From the NCBI GenBank assembly GCA_964421755.1, contig CAYQYP010000061.1, positions 24,143-88,142 of the forward strand: DNA of 64,000 nucleotides, written 5' to 3'. Source of the stretch: an uncultured Acidobacteriota bacterium. GTDB taxonomy: Bacteria; Acidobacteriota; UBA6911; RPQK01. Positions 38,789 through 48,384 of this stretch are shown one piece after another. Position numbers and translations under genes: made by a program. The notes below the pieces were generated by a model, which saw only the letters and a program-made list of their open reading frames with translations, did no database searches and was not told the DNA's origin. Position 1 is the first letter of the stretch, and the number at the start of each line of letters is the position of its first letter.

Positions 38789-40510
38789 ATGAAGAGGAAA
38801 GCAAGGGCAACGATAAGGTTCTGTCTGGTTCTAGTCTTGTCGACGGCCTGGCTCACGGCGGCGCCGCAGAAATTCAAGAGCGACGATCCGATCTGGGTAG
38901 ACCCGGACAACCTGCCGATTCCGCAGCCGGAAGAACAAGACGATCGCAGCCAGATTCTCGATTTGATCGAGAACACGTTCACCCACAAGCCGGATGACAT
39001 CATCCCTCGGGCGGAGAACATCAATACGCTCGGGGAAGTCCCCGATTCCTCGTGGTTCACCAATCGAATGGGTCGAAGGATTCTGAACGTGGAGGAACTC
39101 GTACGCGGTCCGGACCGCGGGAACGGGCCGGACGTCAGCCAACCGTGGACCATCATTAGTGCCAAGACAGAGGGCATCACTCCGGGTTTCAGGATTCGAG
39201 ACGCGCGGGGCGACGTCTATCACATCAAGTTTGATCCCGCCGATAACGACCAGCTCGCCACGTCGAGTGAAGTGATCTGCACAAAGCTTTTCCACGCCTT
39301 CGGGTATTACGTCCCGGAGAATTACCTGGCCTTCGTCACCCGAGAGATGATCCGAATCGATGAGAAGGCTGAGAAGCCCGCGAAAATCACGGATGAGAAC
39401 GGGAAGGAGCGAAGGCTTACCGAAAGGGACGTCGACCGAATCTTCGAGCGAATCGCCGTCCGCGCTGATGGGCGCGTTCAATGCGTCGCGAGCCTCAACA
39501 TCGAGGGGGGTCTGATCGGGCCTTTCAAATACTACGGGCTCCGATCGGACGACCCGAATGATATCTTCCCGCACGAGCATCGCAGGGAGCTGCGCGGGCT
39601 CCGGGTCTTTTCCGCATGGCTGAACCACGATGATTCCAGGAGCATGAACACAAAAGATTTCTTCATCCCGGAGCCTGGGACAGGTCCCACTTCCAAGTCG
39701 GAAAACTCCGCGGGGGAAGTGGAGCCCAAGGAACCCAAAGAACCGAAGATGGGGTTCATCAGACACTACCTGATCGACTTTGGTTCGTGCCTGGGAAGCG
39801 GGAGCGTCCAGATCCAGGGGCGGCGAGCGGGAAACGAGTATCGGTTGGAATGGACCCCGATGCTGAAATCCGCCCTCACCTTCGGTTTGTGGGATCGGCC
39901 CTGGCGGTACATCGACTATCCGGACTATCCGTCAATCGGGCGCTTTGAATCTGACTATTTTCATCCCGCGCGGTGGAAACCGGAGTATCCCAACCCGGCG
40001 TTTGAGCGCATGACCGGCGAAGACGCCTTCTGGGCCACGCGCATTCTGATGCGCTTCACCGATGACATGCTGGCTGCAGTGGTGAGAACGGGACAGTGGC
40101 TCGACAGTGAGGCTGAACAGTACTTGCTGAAGACCCTGATCAGGCGACGGGACAAGATAGTCAAGTACTACCTTGGGCAGGTGAATCCGCTCGATGATTT
40201 TCGAATCGGCGAGGATCGTGGCAAGCCGGCCGTGACGTTCACCAACCTGGGGGAGAAGGCGGCAATCGCGCCGGCCTATTCCTACGAGTGGCAGTGGTTC
40301 CGGTTCGACAACCGCACCGGTACGACGGAGAGTCTCGGACCGGTCACGGTGACAACGGCCGCTCCGGTGCCGCTTCCCGATGACCGCGGTGATTATCTCC
40401 TTTTGAAGATCAGGACAATCACTTCAGGCCAGGCAGGGTGGCGAAAAGACGTATTGGTTTATGTGAGGAACGAAAGCCAGAAGAAAGTTGTGGGGGTGGA
40501 GCGGGAATAG
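38789..40510 (+). CDS. Secreted 573-aa protein with a protein-kinase-like (PKL) catalytic core; atypical kinase or nucleotidyl-/phosphotransferase fold.
   Basis: Signal peptide. Catalytic-loop motif HxDxxxxN (NHDDSRSMN, nt 39624-39650) followed about 45 residues later by a DFG motif (HYLIDFGSCLG, nt about 39771-39785), with a Pro/Glu/Lys low-complexity insert between them. Confidence 0.5.
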   Translation: MKRKARATIRFCLVLVLSTAWLTAAPQKFKSDDPIWVDPDNLPIPQPEEQDDRSQILDLIENTFTHKPDDIIPRAENINTLGEVPDSSWFTNRMGRRILNVEELVRGPDRGNGPDVSQPWTIISAKTEGITPGFRIRDARGDVYHIKFDPADNDQLATSSEVICTKLFHAFGYYVPENYLAFVTREMIRIDEKAEKPAKITDENGKERRLTERDVDRIFERIAVRADGRVQCVASLNIEGGLIGPFKYYGLRSDDPNDIFPHEHRRELRGLRVFSAWLNHDDSRSMNTKDFFIPEPGTGPTSKSENSAGEVEPKEPKEPKMGFIRHYLIDFGSCLGSGSVQIQGRRAGNEYRLEWTPMLKSALTFGLWDRPWRYIDYPDYPSIGRFESDYFHPARWKPEYPNPAFERMTGEDAFWATRILMRFTDDMLAAVVRTGQWLDSEAEQYLLKTLIRRRDKIVKYYLGQVNPLDDFRIGEDRGKPAVTFTNLGEKAAIAPAYSYEWQWFRFDNRTGTTESLGPVTVTTAAPVPLPDDRGDYLLLKIRTITSGQAGWRKDVLVYVRNESQKKVVGVERE

Positions 40511-40558
40511 GAGCAGGAACCGGAAGAACCAAGGCGGTCTGCGGGACCTGTCCGCTTC

Positions 40559-40987
40559 CTATTGATTCTGACTACCGTTCCTGCGCTGAGCGCCCGGCGG
40601 ATTCTCCTGCCTGCGGCGTTCGCGTTCCTTCTCGCGCTCGCGCATGAAGTCGTCAAACTTTGTCATCTGCTCAGCACTCAGCACTTTCTCGAACTTTCGG
40701 TGGGTCTTGTCCCTCACCTCACCGAACGCCTTGCGATAGTCCTTCCTCGACTCGTCGAAGATCTGGCGCATCTGGATCTCCTGCTCCTCGCTGAGGGCAA
40801 GGAGCGAAGACAGTTGGTCCATCATCCGTTCGGGATTATCGCGAGGACCTCGGGGAGGACGGGTGCCACCTGAATCGAAAGCAGTCGAACGAGGCGCCAT
40901 GAACAGGTAGACCATTCCGCCGCCCGTCAAGGCACCGATCAGGAATACGGCAAGGACCCAGACAACAGCGCGGCTGCGGTTATTCAC
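40559..40987 (-). CDS. Membrane-anchored periplasmic Spy/CpxP/ZraP-family (LTxxQ-motif) stress protein.
   Basis: N-terminal TM. LSEEQ and LSAEQ LTxxQ-like motifs. Charged helical C-terminus. Confidence 0.6.
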   Translation of the reverse strand: MNNRSRAVVWVLAVFLIGALTGGGMVYLFMAPRSTAFDSGGTRPPRGPRDNPERMMDQLSSLLALSEEQEIQMRQIFDESRKDYRKAFGEVRDKTHRKFEKVLSAEQMTKFDDFMREREKERERRRQENPPGAQRRNGSQNQ

Positions 40988-41390
40988 CCGGATCCTCCGA
41001 CCGCGCCTTGTGCAGCGAGTTGATCATGTTCTCGAAGGAAACCTCGCTGGCTGCCGAGTCATCCAGGATCACGGTATCCGGCAGTTCCGGTTCCCTGAGA
41101 ACATTGATGATCAGGAGACCGGTCGCCAGGATAAGCAACGCCAGGACGGGAGCCAGCCTCGCCGCCGCCCAGCGGAAATAGAACCACATCGGCTGACTGG
41201 CCTGTTGGATCGACCGGGCCACCTTGCTGGCAAAGAACGGAGGAGGCTCAACCGGGCGGGCCGATCGGGCCTGCCTGACGAGGAACATGTGCAATCGGTA
41301 CTTCTTTTGGCACTCGGGACACTCCTCCAGATGACTCCGGTCAAGCTGGTCCTCCGAGCCGACCATTTCCCAGTCAATATGCCGTTTCAA
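40980..41390 (-). CDS. Anti-sigma factor (zinc-finger N-terminal domain, single TM).
   Basis: HLEECPECQ…H zinc-binding anti-sigma motif and one TM helix. TTG start at 41390 with a strong SD (GAGGAGGaacgtcTTG), 12 nt after the sigma gene stop. Confidence 0.65.
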   Translation of the reverse strand: MKRHIDWEMVGSEDQLDRSHLEECPECQKKYRLHMFLVRQARSARPVEPPPFFASKVARSIQQASQPMWFYFRWAAARLAPVLALLILATGLLIINVLREPELPDTVILDDSAASEVSFENMINSLHKARSEDPGE

Positions 41391-41401
41391 GACGTTCCTC
41401 C

Positions 41402-41983
41402 TCAACGACTTTCGAGAACTCCCTCAAGACGCTTCAGCAGTTTCCTTTTCACCCGGCTCAACCGAATCCTGACGGCAGTCGGTGAAGTGCCGAGGGTCGT
41501 CGCGATGTCGTCGTAGCTGCGTCCTTCAACTTCACGGAGGACAAAAGTCATTTTATCCTTTGCCGAGAGTTTGTCCAGCAAACGATGCAGCAATTTAAAC
41601 GACTCTTCTTCTTCCGATTCAAGTAAAGGTGAACCCTTGGTGCTCTTTTCAAACAGATACTTGACCCGATCTTCTTCTTCCTCCGTCATGTCCGCGAAAA
41701 GGCGAATGAACCTATGCCGGGCCTTTCGCATCTCGTCCAGACAATGGTTGACGGCAATCCGGTAAATCCAGGCCTGCAACGGACGGGACTGGTCGTAACG
41801 CTCCAGAGAGCGGTAGAGTTTGAGGAAGATTTCCTGGGCGACGTCTTCGGCCTCAGAGTTGTACCCGAGGTAGTGGTAGATCGCGTTGAAAACAAACCTC
41901 TGATAACGCCTAACGATCTCCTCAAACGCATCCTCGTCTCCCCGAAGGATTTCGGCCACGAGTTCCGGATCCGTCTTCGGCAT
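41402..41983 (-). CDS. ECF (sigma-70 family group IV) RNA polymerase sigma factor.
   Basis: Region 2 (FVFNAIYHYLGY…DVAQEIFLKLY) and region 4 (YDDIATTLGTSPTAVRIRLSRVKRKL) signatures. Confidence 0.85.
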   Translation of the reverse strand: MPKTDPELVAEILRGDEDAFEEIVRRYQRFVFNAIYHYLGYNSEAEDVAQEIFLKLYRSLERYDQSRPLQAWIYRIAVNHCLDEMRKARHRFIRLFADMTEEEEDRVKYLFEKSTKGSPLLESEEEESFKLLHRLLDKLSAKDKMTFVLREVEGRSYDDIATTLGTSPTAVRIRLSRVKRKLLKRLEGVLESR

Positions 41984-42095
41984 CCAATAGAGTATATACG
42001 GGGACCGGCGGAAGCTGTTTCAATTTGCTCGACTTTTGAGACTCAGCCGGCATCCAACGGTATAGTACAATGAACTACTTTCAAGGGAAGGTCTG

Positions 42096-42821
42096 ATGCA
42101 TAGGTACTTGTTGGTTCTGTCTGCTCTTGTTGGCATCTTCAGCTCGACACTGGTATTAGCCCAGCAACCGTTTCAGCGGAAAGATCATAAGTGGGAAGTA
42201 TCGGTTTTCGCTGGTTCGAGTCACCGTGGAGACGGGGTATTTCCCACCACGTTCACCGATACGGCTGTCCCGCCCCAAGTGACGTCCAATAACGTAGGGT
42301 TGAGCTTCGCCTCCGGATACATTGTCGGTGCTCGCGTGACGGAGAATCTTGGCAAATACTTCGGAGCCGAGCTCGAGTACAGTCTGTCCAACCAGCCCCT
42401 CGTTTTCACCAACCTCACTCCGGATATCAGTCGTGTTTCGGTCGACCATAGGGTTCACCAGATCACCTATGTCGTTCTGGTCTACGGGCTGCCGCGCAGC
42501 AGCCGGTGGCGGCCCTACGGCCTCGTCGGCCCCGGGATCTCCCTGTATGAGTTCTTCGGCGACAAGGAAGACGACGCGATCGCCAGGGGCCTGAGCCTCA
42601 AAGACCGCTGGAAGTTCGGCGCGACTTTCGGGGGTGGAGTGAAGTACCGCGTCACCGATCAGGTCGGCCTGCGGTTCGACGTAAAAGATCACCTGACCGG
42701 CGTACCTGATTTCGGTCTCCCGGCCACGGGCACTGCGACGGCGCCGGGTTTCCGGCCAGACGGAACGCTGCAAAACTGGCAATTCACGATCGGCCTTTCG
42801 TACCTGTTTTCCGATAGATAG
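42096..42821 (+). CDS. Small outer-membrane beta-barrel protein (OmpW/OmpA-like eight-strand family).
   Basis: Signal peptide. Alternating hydrophobic beta-strands and a C-terminal …IGLSYLFSDR aromatic terminus. Confidence 0.6.
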   Translation: MHRYLLVLSALVGIFSSTLVLAQQPFQRKDHKWEVSVFAGSSHRGDGVFPTTFTDTAVPPQVTSNNVGLSFASGYIVGARVTENLGKYFGAELEYSLSNQPLVFTNLTPDISRVSVDHRVHQITYVVLVYGLPRSSRWRPYGLVGPGISLYEFFGDKEDDAIARGLSLKDRWKFGATFGGGVKYRVTDQVGLRFDVKDHLTGVPDFGLPATGTATAPGFRPDGTLQNWQFTIGLSYLFSDR

Positions 42822-42890
42822 ACCGCGGAGGGCTTTCGAAGGCCAACCCATGAACCGGCCGTTGACACCCTCCGCCCCCGAATCAAACAG

Positions 42891-44114
42891 ATGTTGCCGA
42901 TAATGAACTCGACCGCGCCGCGGACTGCCAGGCTCGTCGCGATCTGGTGGCCCCTCCTACTGATCGTCTCGCCGCTCTTTTCACAGGACTTGCGGAGCCC
43001 TGCCTTCATGCAGGCGGCCGAAAAGGGTTTTGCCGAGATCTATAACCTGGATTACGACCAGGCTAACAAGACCTTTTCCGACCTGCGCGCGCGCTACCCA
43101 GAGCACCCAGCCCCTCCGCTGTACCTGGCCACCGTCACGTGGCTCTCAGAGTTATTTGGGCGCAACGAGCTGGATCTGGACCGCTTCATAGCCCCGGCCT
43201 ACTTCACGCAGCCCACGACTCGCAAGATGCCAGCTGAGGCCCGCAAGCTGTTCTTTGATAATGTCCAGACCTCTCAGAACCTGGCCGAGGCAATCCTCAA
43301 GAAGAACCCTAAGAACCACGATGCACGCTACTTCGTCGGAAGCTCTCATGGGGTGCTTGGCGCATTCTCCATAACAATCGACCGCAGTTACTCCGATGCC
43401 TTCTCACATGGCAAGAAGGCGTACAAGTACCACGACGCGATCATCGAGGAGAACCCCAACTACTTTGATGCCTACATGTCGGTCGGATTGTACGAGTACA
43501 TCGTCGACAACCTGCCGTGGTACATCAAGTGGGTAGCGGTTATAGTCGGCTACCGTGGAAGCCAGGAGCGCGGTTTCGATTACCTGGGCCGGGCAGCCAG
43601 CAAGGGCCAGTATGCGGCCGATGACGCAGCCGTTCTCCAGATGGTTCTTTTCGTACGGGAGAACCGTTACGCGGATGCTTTGAAGAACGTGAGCTCGCTC
43701 CATTCGAAATACCCCCGCAACTACATCCTTCATCTGAATAAGGCGCAGATCCTCGAAAAACTCGGGCGGCGAAGCGAGGCGGCAGGGGAGTACCGGAAGG
43801 TGCTGTCCCAGGCGGATGCGAAGGCCCCCAACTATGGCAAGATTCCGATGCCCGGGTTCCGACTGGATGCCGCCCAAAAGCTTCTGAGCCTGGGCGACGG
43901 CGGTGGTGCCCTGACCCAGTTCGAGAAGCTGCTCGCAGACAAATCCGCCCAAAGGCAGAAAGTTATCTGCCACTTGGGCGCAGGCCAGGCGATGGACCTC
44001 TTGGGACGCAGGAAGGAAGCGACCGCGCACTACGAAGAAGTACTGCGTCTGCCCGATATGGAGGATTCCCACGACCGGGCTCGCGATTATCTGAAGCGCC
44101 CATATCGCCCCTAG
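42891..44114 (+). CDS. Secreted tetratricopeptide-repeat (TPR) protein.
   Basis: Signal/TM at the N-terminus and multiple TPR-like helical repeats. Confidence 0.6.
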   Translation: MLPIMNSTAPRTARLVAIWWPLLLIVSPLFSQDLRSPAFMQAAEKGFAEIYNLDYDQANKTFSDLRARYPEHPAPPLYLATVTWLSELFGRNELDLDRFIAPAYFTQPTTRKMPAEARKLFFDNVQTSQNLAEAILKKNPKNHDARYFVGSSHGVLGAFSITIDRSYSDAFSHGKKAYKYHDAIIEENPNYFDAYMSVGLYEYIVDNLPWYIKWVAVIVGYRGSQERGFDYLGRAASKGQYAADDAAVLQMVLFVRENRYADALKNVSSLHSKYPRNYILHLNKAQILEKLGRRSEAAGEYRKVLSQADAKAPNYGKIPMPGFRLDAAQKLLSLGDGGGALTQFEKLLADKSAQRQKVICHLGAGQAMDLLGRRKEATAHYEEVLRLPDMEDSHDRARDYLKRPYRP

Positions 44115-44126
44115 CGGAGACAAACG

Positions 44127-44564
44127 ATGGCCGAGTGGTCAATTACCCCTGATGCTCTCAAAATGGCCTGGAAGATGATCGCTACAGTCTTCCCTCGGTA
44201 TTCCCTTCCTGCCAAAGAACGAAACGCTCTGCTGACAATCATCACTCAGGTAGCCATCGATGATTTGCTGCAATCGCAGTCCATCCGGTGGCTTAAGGCG
44301 CCCCCTTCAAAACATGTTCTCGTGTTCGACGGAGACGCCGTGCGCCTCAGACCCGCCGACAAGACGAGGCTCGATCTCAAGCAGGTGCCGTCTCCGGAGG
44401 AAATTGACCGGGCGCTCGAATGGGTCGAGAATCTCTTCGACCGATACAGCATGTCGGAGGACGAGCGGGCCACACTTTTCACCGCGCTTCCGTGCGTGGG
44501 TTTCCATGCCCTGTCGCAGTACGTCGAGTGGCGGAAGGAGCCACCATTTCCAGAACTGGGATAG
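44127..44564 (+). CDS. Hypothetical protein (145 aa).
   Basis: Open frame 12 nt after the TPR gene, followed by GCAGCRG tandem repeats. Confidence 0.45.
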   Translation: MAEWSITPDALKMAWKMIATVFPRYSLPAKERNALLTIITQVAIDDLLQSQSIRWLKAPPSKHVLVFDGDAVRLRPADKTRLDLKQVPSPEEIDRALEWVENLFDRYSMSEDERATLFTALPCVGFHALSQYVEWRKEPPFPELG

Positions 44565-44614
44565 CGGGGCAGCGGGCAGGAGGCAGCCGGCAGCGGGCAG
44601 CAGGCAGCAGGCAG
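44565..44614. repeat. GCAGCRG heptamer tandem repeat (about 7 units) immediately after the stop codon.
   Basis: GCGGGGCAGCGGGCAGGAGGCAGCCGGCAGCGGGCAGCAGGCAGCAGGCAG. Confidence 0.7.
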
Positions 44615-44727
44615 TTGTCAGTCGACCTTTTCGTTTTTCCCCTTCCTGGGTTATCATCACCCCTTTCTGAAAACACGAAGTCTCCGACCTGGTCGGACCT
44701 GCGGAATTGCTACTTGCTGGAGGAGAA

Positions 44728-46350
44728 ATGGCACAGCAGACCAAAATGGATCCTGAAACGCTCATGATGGTCCTCGACACCTTGGGCCGTCTGGAGAAGG
44801 ATCGCCTTCCTTTGGATACCAAGCTCGATCTCGACTACAGGGCTCTTTTCCCGAAAGAACTGATTCGCTTTATGGTCGGCCCGGATGTCGGGCTGCACCT
44901 CATTTTCGTGCCCGAAGAGTTCGGCGGGCTCGGCGCCGGGGCAACCGAAATAGCCGTGCTGTCGGAAAAAATGGCGAAAATTGACCTCGCGGTCGCGACC
45001 GCCTTTCTGGCGATCTGCCTCGGGATGGACCCGATCCTGGTCGGTTCAACGCCCGAGCAGAAGGAAAAGTACGTTACCCGCATCGCCGAGGAAGGGTTGA
45101 TCGTGGCTTATTGCGTCACTGAGCCCGAAGCTGGCTCGAACGTCCAGTCACTCAAGACTCGCGCGGATCGAGTCCTGGATTCAGAGGGCAAGCTGATCGG
45201 ATACAAGATCAACGGCCAGAAACAGTTTGTCACGAACGGCGGTGTTGCGGATCTGTACACGGTGCTTGCCGATACACCCGACGGACCGTCTTTCTTCATT
45301 GCGGAAGCAGGGACGCCCGGTCTTATACCCGGCCGTCATGAGGACAAGCACGGCATTCGTGCCTCCGATACAAGCCCGGTTACTCTCGAGGACATGTTCG
45401 TCCCGGTCGAAAACCTGGTAGGCGGCGTGGAAGGCCAGGGGCTCAAACAGGCCAACCAGGTCTTCGGCTACACGCGGCTGATGGTTGCGGCATTCGGGCT
45501 CGGCGCCGGGGTGGCCTCCATGGAGCGGGCTATCGCGTACGGCAAGGAGCGCATACAGTTTGGCACCCCGCTGGTTGCCAAACAGGCTTACACCCACAAG
45601 CTGCTCGTTCCACATATCGTGCAGCTCGAGGCCGCCCGTGCCTACATCGAGAAGGTTGCTGCCAGGCTGGATTCGGGGGAGGAAGACCTCCAGGTCGAAG
45701 GCGCGATTGCCAAGTACTTCGCCACCGAGGCGGGCGATTGGGCTGCCAATGATGGCATCCAGGCTTTTGGCGGCTATGGCTACATGCGCGAGTATGAAGT
45801 CGAGAAAATCAAGCGTGACGTGAAGATTACGACCATATACGAAGGCACGAGCGAGATCCTTCAGAACGTCATCGGCATGTTCCGCCTGCGCGAGACGGTG
45901 AGGAGCAAGGGCGGTTACTACACTTCAATGGCGGACGCTGTCGAGCAGTTGCCGGCCGAGACGGGGGGGCCGTGGGTCGGGCGCGCACTACGCGCGGTGG
46001 CCGAGGTTGTGCACGTGGCGCGTGACCTTAAGCTAACCAAGTCGCAGCATGTCATGTTCCTGCTGGCCGATATGATGACCTGGGCCGAAGTGGCGGGGGC
46101 GATGTGTCAAAAGGCGGCCAGGACCGACCTTGGTGGCAAATGGTCGCGCGATTTCATGCTGGCCGTTTCACGACTTTTTGCCCGGGAGACGGTCGAGTTA
46201 GCCCATGCTAACGCGCAGAAGATTTTGCGGGGTGGCGAGGCGACCGCCGATGGGGCAGCCGATCCGATCATTGCCAGGCTGCCCGTGGCTGCCTGCCAGG
46301 CAGGCCTGTTGCGTGATATGGACTTCATTGCCGCAGAAATGACGAAGTAG
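44728..46350 (+). CDS. Acyl-CoA dehydrogenase family protein with a C-terminal extension.
   Basis: ACAD N-terminal, middle (CVTEPEAGSN) and C-terminal (QAFGGYGYMREYEVEKIKRDVKITTIYEGTSEI) motifs. Confidence 0.8.
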   Translation: MAQQTKMDPETLMMVLDTLGRLEKDRLPLDTKLDLDYRALFPKELIRFMVGPDVGLHLIFVPEEFGGLGAGATEIAVLSEKMAKIDLAVATAFLAICLGMDPILVGSTPEQKEKYVTRIAEEGLIVAYCVTEPEAGSNVQSLKTRADRVLDSEGKLIGYKINGQKQFVTNGGVADLYTVLADTPDGPSFFIAEAGTPGLIPGRHEDKHGIRASDTSPVTLEDMFVPVENLVGGVEGQGLKQANQVFGYTRLMVAAFGLGAGVASMERAIAYGKERIQFGTPLVAKQAYTHKLLVPHIVQLEAARAYIEKVAARLDSGEEDLQVEGAIAKYFATEAGDWAANDGIQAFGGYGYMREYEVEKIKRDVKITTIYEGTSEILQNVIGMFRLRETVRSKGGYYTSMADAVEQLPAETGGPWVGRALRAVAEVVHVARDLKLTKSQHVMFLLADMMTWAEVAGAMCQKAARTDLGGKWSRDFMLAVSRLFARETVELAHANAQKILRGGEATADGAADPIIARLPVAACQAGLLRDMDFIAAEMTK

Positions 46351-46422
46351 GCGTAGGCGCGAAAGGTAGCAAGAGACTCGGACGTACGCGGACCAAAACG
46401 GACTTACACGGACAGCCTCTGA

Positions 46423-47787
46423 TCAGGGCTCGTCCGTGCTCGTCTGTGCCCTTCCGTGTTCGTCTTTGGCTGTCCCGCTCAGTTTTGCCAATCTCTCCAG
46501 CGCCGCTTCCACCTGCTCGAGTCTTTCAAAGAACCGACGTCGAAACCGATCGCCCTTGCGGACGATGCGCGTTGGATAGGTCCGGCCGAGCGCCTTCAAG
46601 AAGGCTTCATCGAGTGATCCGAGCGAGGGGATCAACTTGTCAGCCAACTGTTGAGCGTTCTTCCTCATCATCAGGAGCTCGGCGTACCCCCGCTGGAACA
46701 ACGACTGAAGGTGGATCGATTTCACTCCAGCGACCGCCTTCTCCAGATTTCCACCCGACCAGATTTCCAGGCCCAGATTGATGCCGGCGACTGCTTTCTT
46801 GATCCCCCGCCTTACTGCGTTGGGCGAACTGGGTGAAATTCGGTCCGCGGTCAGGAGCTTGTTGCAGACGAAAAAGAGCTCCTCGAGCAGTTCGCCGATG
46901 TCACCGGCCTGGCTCGCTCTCGCGAGGACCTGGATCAGGAGGAGCGGAGTCCGTGGAGCTTTAGTTCCGGGCGCCGGCAATTCGGAAAGCGCTTCAGTTT
47001 CTTCAATGCGCTTCCTGGGCAGGCGTTCCCCCGGATATATGGGAGTATAGATTCCGATGGCGTCGAAGTAGTCCTGAAAGCCCATTTCTTCGACCCGCTC
47101 GGTGCGACTGCGGTAGGCTGTCTCCATAATCTCCAGCCGGGTGCGGCTCATTGCCGACTCGAGCGTAACCGCAGTCCATTCGGAATCCAGGGCGTACAGT
47201 CGCAAGATGACGGCTCGCAGCAGTCTCGCCACTTCCGGGTTCTCGGGCAGGACGAGCAGATACCGGTTGTCCGGCGTGTGAAACTGTTCGCCTTCCTTCG
47301 GCTCGCTTTCCAGGTCGTCATAGACCTTGCGGTGAATCGTAATCTGCCGTCGAAACAGGAGCTCCCAGAGATCACGGTCGGCGGCGGCGATCAGCTTCCG
47401 GGCGACTGCGTCCTCAGCAGACAGCAGGTGACGTTGGAGGGAGAGGAACCGCTCGGTACTGGCCGTTGCCCGCTCCCAGATATCGAGGTCGATAACCGCT
47501 TGCCACTGCTCGCGGGTCAGGTGAGGCGCGAGCACCGCTATTTCATCCTCGTCCAGTTCCTTGAGGCCGAAAAAAATTTGAACAGCGGGCAACTTGCGAA
47601 TCCGGCCGCGGGTCTCGGAACTGGCCAGCAAGTCACGTAGATCGATTGGCGAATAACAGGCTCGGTAGATTGCGTCCTCTGGTTTTCGCACCAGGTCGTA
47701 CGATCGCGGCTCTGGATCCTTTCCCTCGGGTGCCATAGCTCGATTATAGGACCAATGAGACGGATAGCCCCTATCAGGGAGCCCCAA
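46423..47787 (-). CDS. Hypothetical alpha-helical protein (about 440-454 aa), last gene of the kamA-led operon.
   Basis: The TTG start abuts the upstream GNAT stop; the alternative ATG is at 47736. No recognised domain. Confidence 0.5.
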   Translation of the reverse strand: MGLPDRGYPSHWSYNRAMAPEGKDPEPRSYDLVRKPEDAIYRACYSPIDLRDLLASSETRGRIRKLPAVQIFFGLKELDEDEIAVLAPHLTREQWQAVIDLDIWERATASTERFLSLQRHLLSAEDAVARKLIAAADRDLWELLFRRQITIHRKVYDDLESEPKEGEQFHTPDNRYLLVLPENPEVARLLRAVILRLYALDSEWTAVTLESAMSRTRLEIMETAYRSRTERVEEMGFQDYFDAIGIYTPIYPGERLPRKRIEETEALSELPAPGTKAPRTPLLLIQVLARASQAGDIGELLEELFFVCNKLLTADRISPSSPNAVRRGIKKAVAGINLGLEIWSGGNLEKAVAGVKSIHLQSLFQRGYAELLMMRKNAQQLADKLIPSLGSLDEAFLKALGRTYPTRIVRKGDRFRRRFFERLEQVEAALERLAKLSGTAKDEHGRAQTSTDEP

Positions 47788-48327
47788 TCAGTCCAGGCGC
47801 AGTTCCATGAGCACCGGGGAGGGCATCAACTGGGGGTAATCCGCAAAAAGCGCGACCGGACGCAGGGTCGTGAAGTGATGCTTAACGAAGAGCGGCTGGG
47901 AGTGTGCATTCGCGATCAGGTGAATCCTCGATGCCGCCAGCCGCTTGGCGGCAGCCAGTTCGCGGTGCACCAGCGAATTCGCTATGCCAAGCTGCCTGAA
48001 GACCGGATCCACCGTCAAACCGAACACAAAGAAATACGGGGCGCGCGGGACGTGCCTAGGCGGAAAAGCTTCGCTGAGGTGCGAAGGATCCAGAGGGTCA
48101 AGGTCTGTGAGGACCGCACAACAGAAGCCGAGGATGTCCGGTCCTGCGGCCGCGACGCAGAAGCCTTGGGGAAAAACGCTGAACCGCCGGCGTATCTCGT
48201 CGGCGGATGCGGCGAGCTCGCGCCAGACGCGCGCTTCCAAGTGCGCCACCTGACCGAGATCTTCGAGGTGGCAGGTGCGAATCTCGCAGGTGACTTTTGT
48301 TCTTAGTTGAATTCTCTCGGCATCCAT
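47788..48327 (-). CDS. GNAT-family N-acetyltransferase.
   Basis: Acetyl-CoA-binding motif region (R/Q-x-x-G-x-A/G: FRQLGIANSLV). Confidence 0.65.
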   Translation of the reverse strand: MDAERIQLRTKVTCEIRTCHLEDLGQVAHLEARVWRELAASADEIRRRFSVFPQGFCVAAAGPDILGFCCAVLTDLDPLDPSHLSEAFPPRHVPRAPYFFVFGLTVDPVFRQLGIANSLVHRELAAAKRLAASRIHLIANAHSQPLFVKHHFTTLRPVALFADYPQLMPSPVLMELRLD

Positions 48328-48384
48328 CTCAAAACCGACGTCAGCCAGCTTGCCGGGCCTTGGCCAAAATCGCAGGCGGGTCCG

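Noticed and set aside
38831-39766. 311-aa minus-strand ORF antisense to the kinase-like gene.
   Set aside because: Shadow ORF. The plus-strand frame has a signal peptide and conserved motifs.
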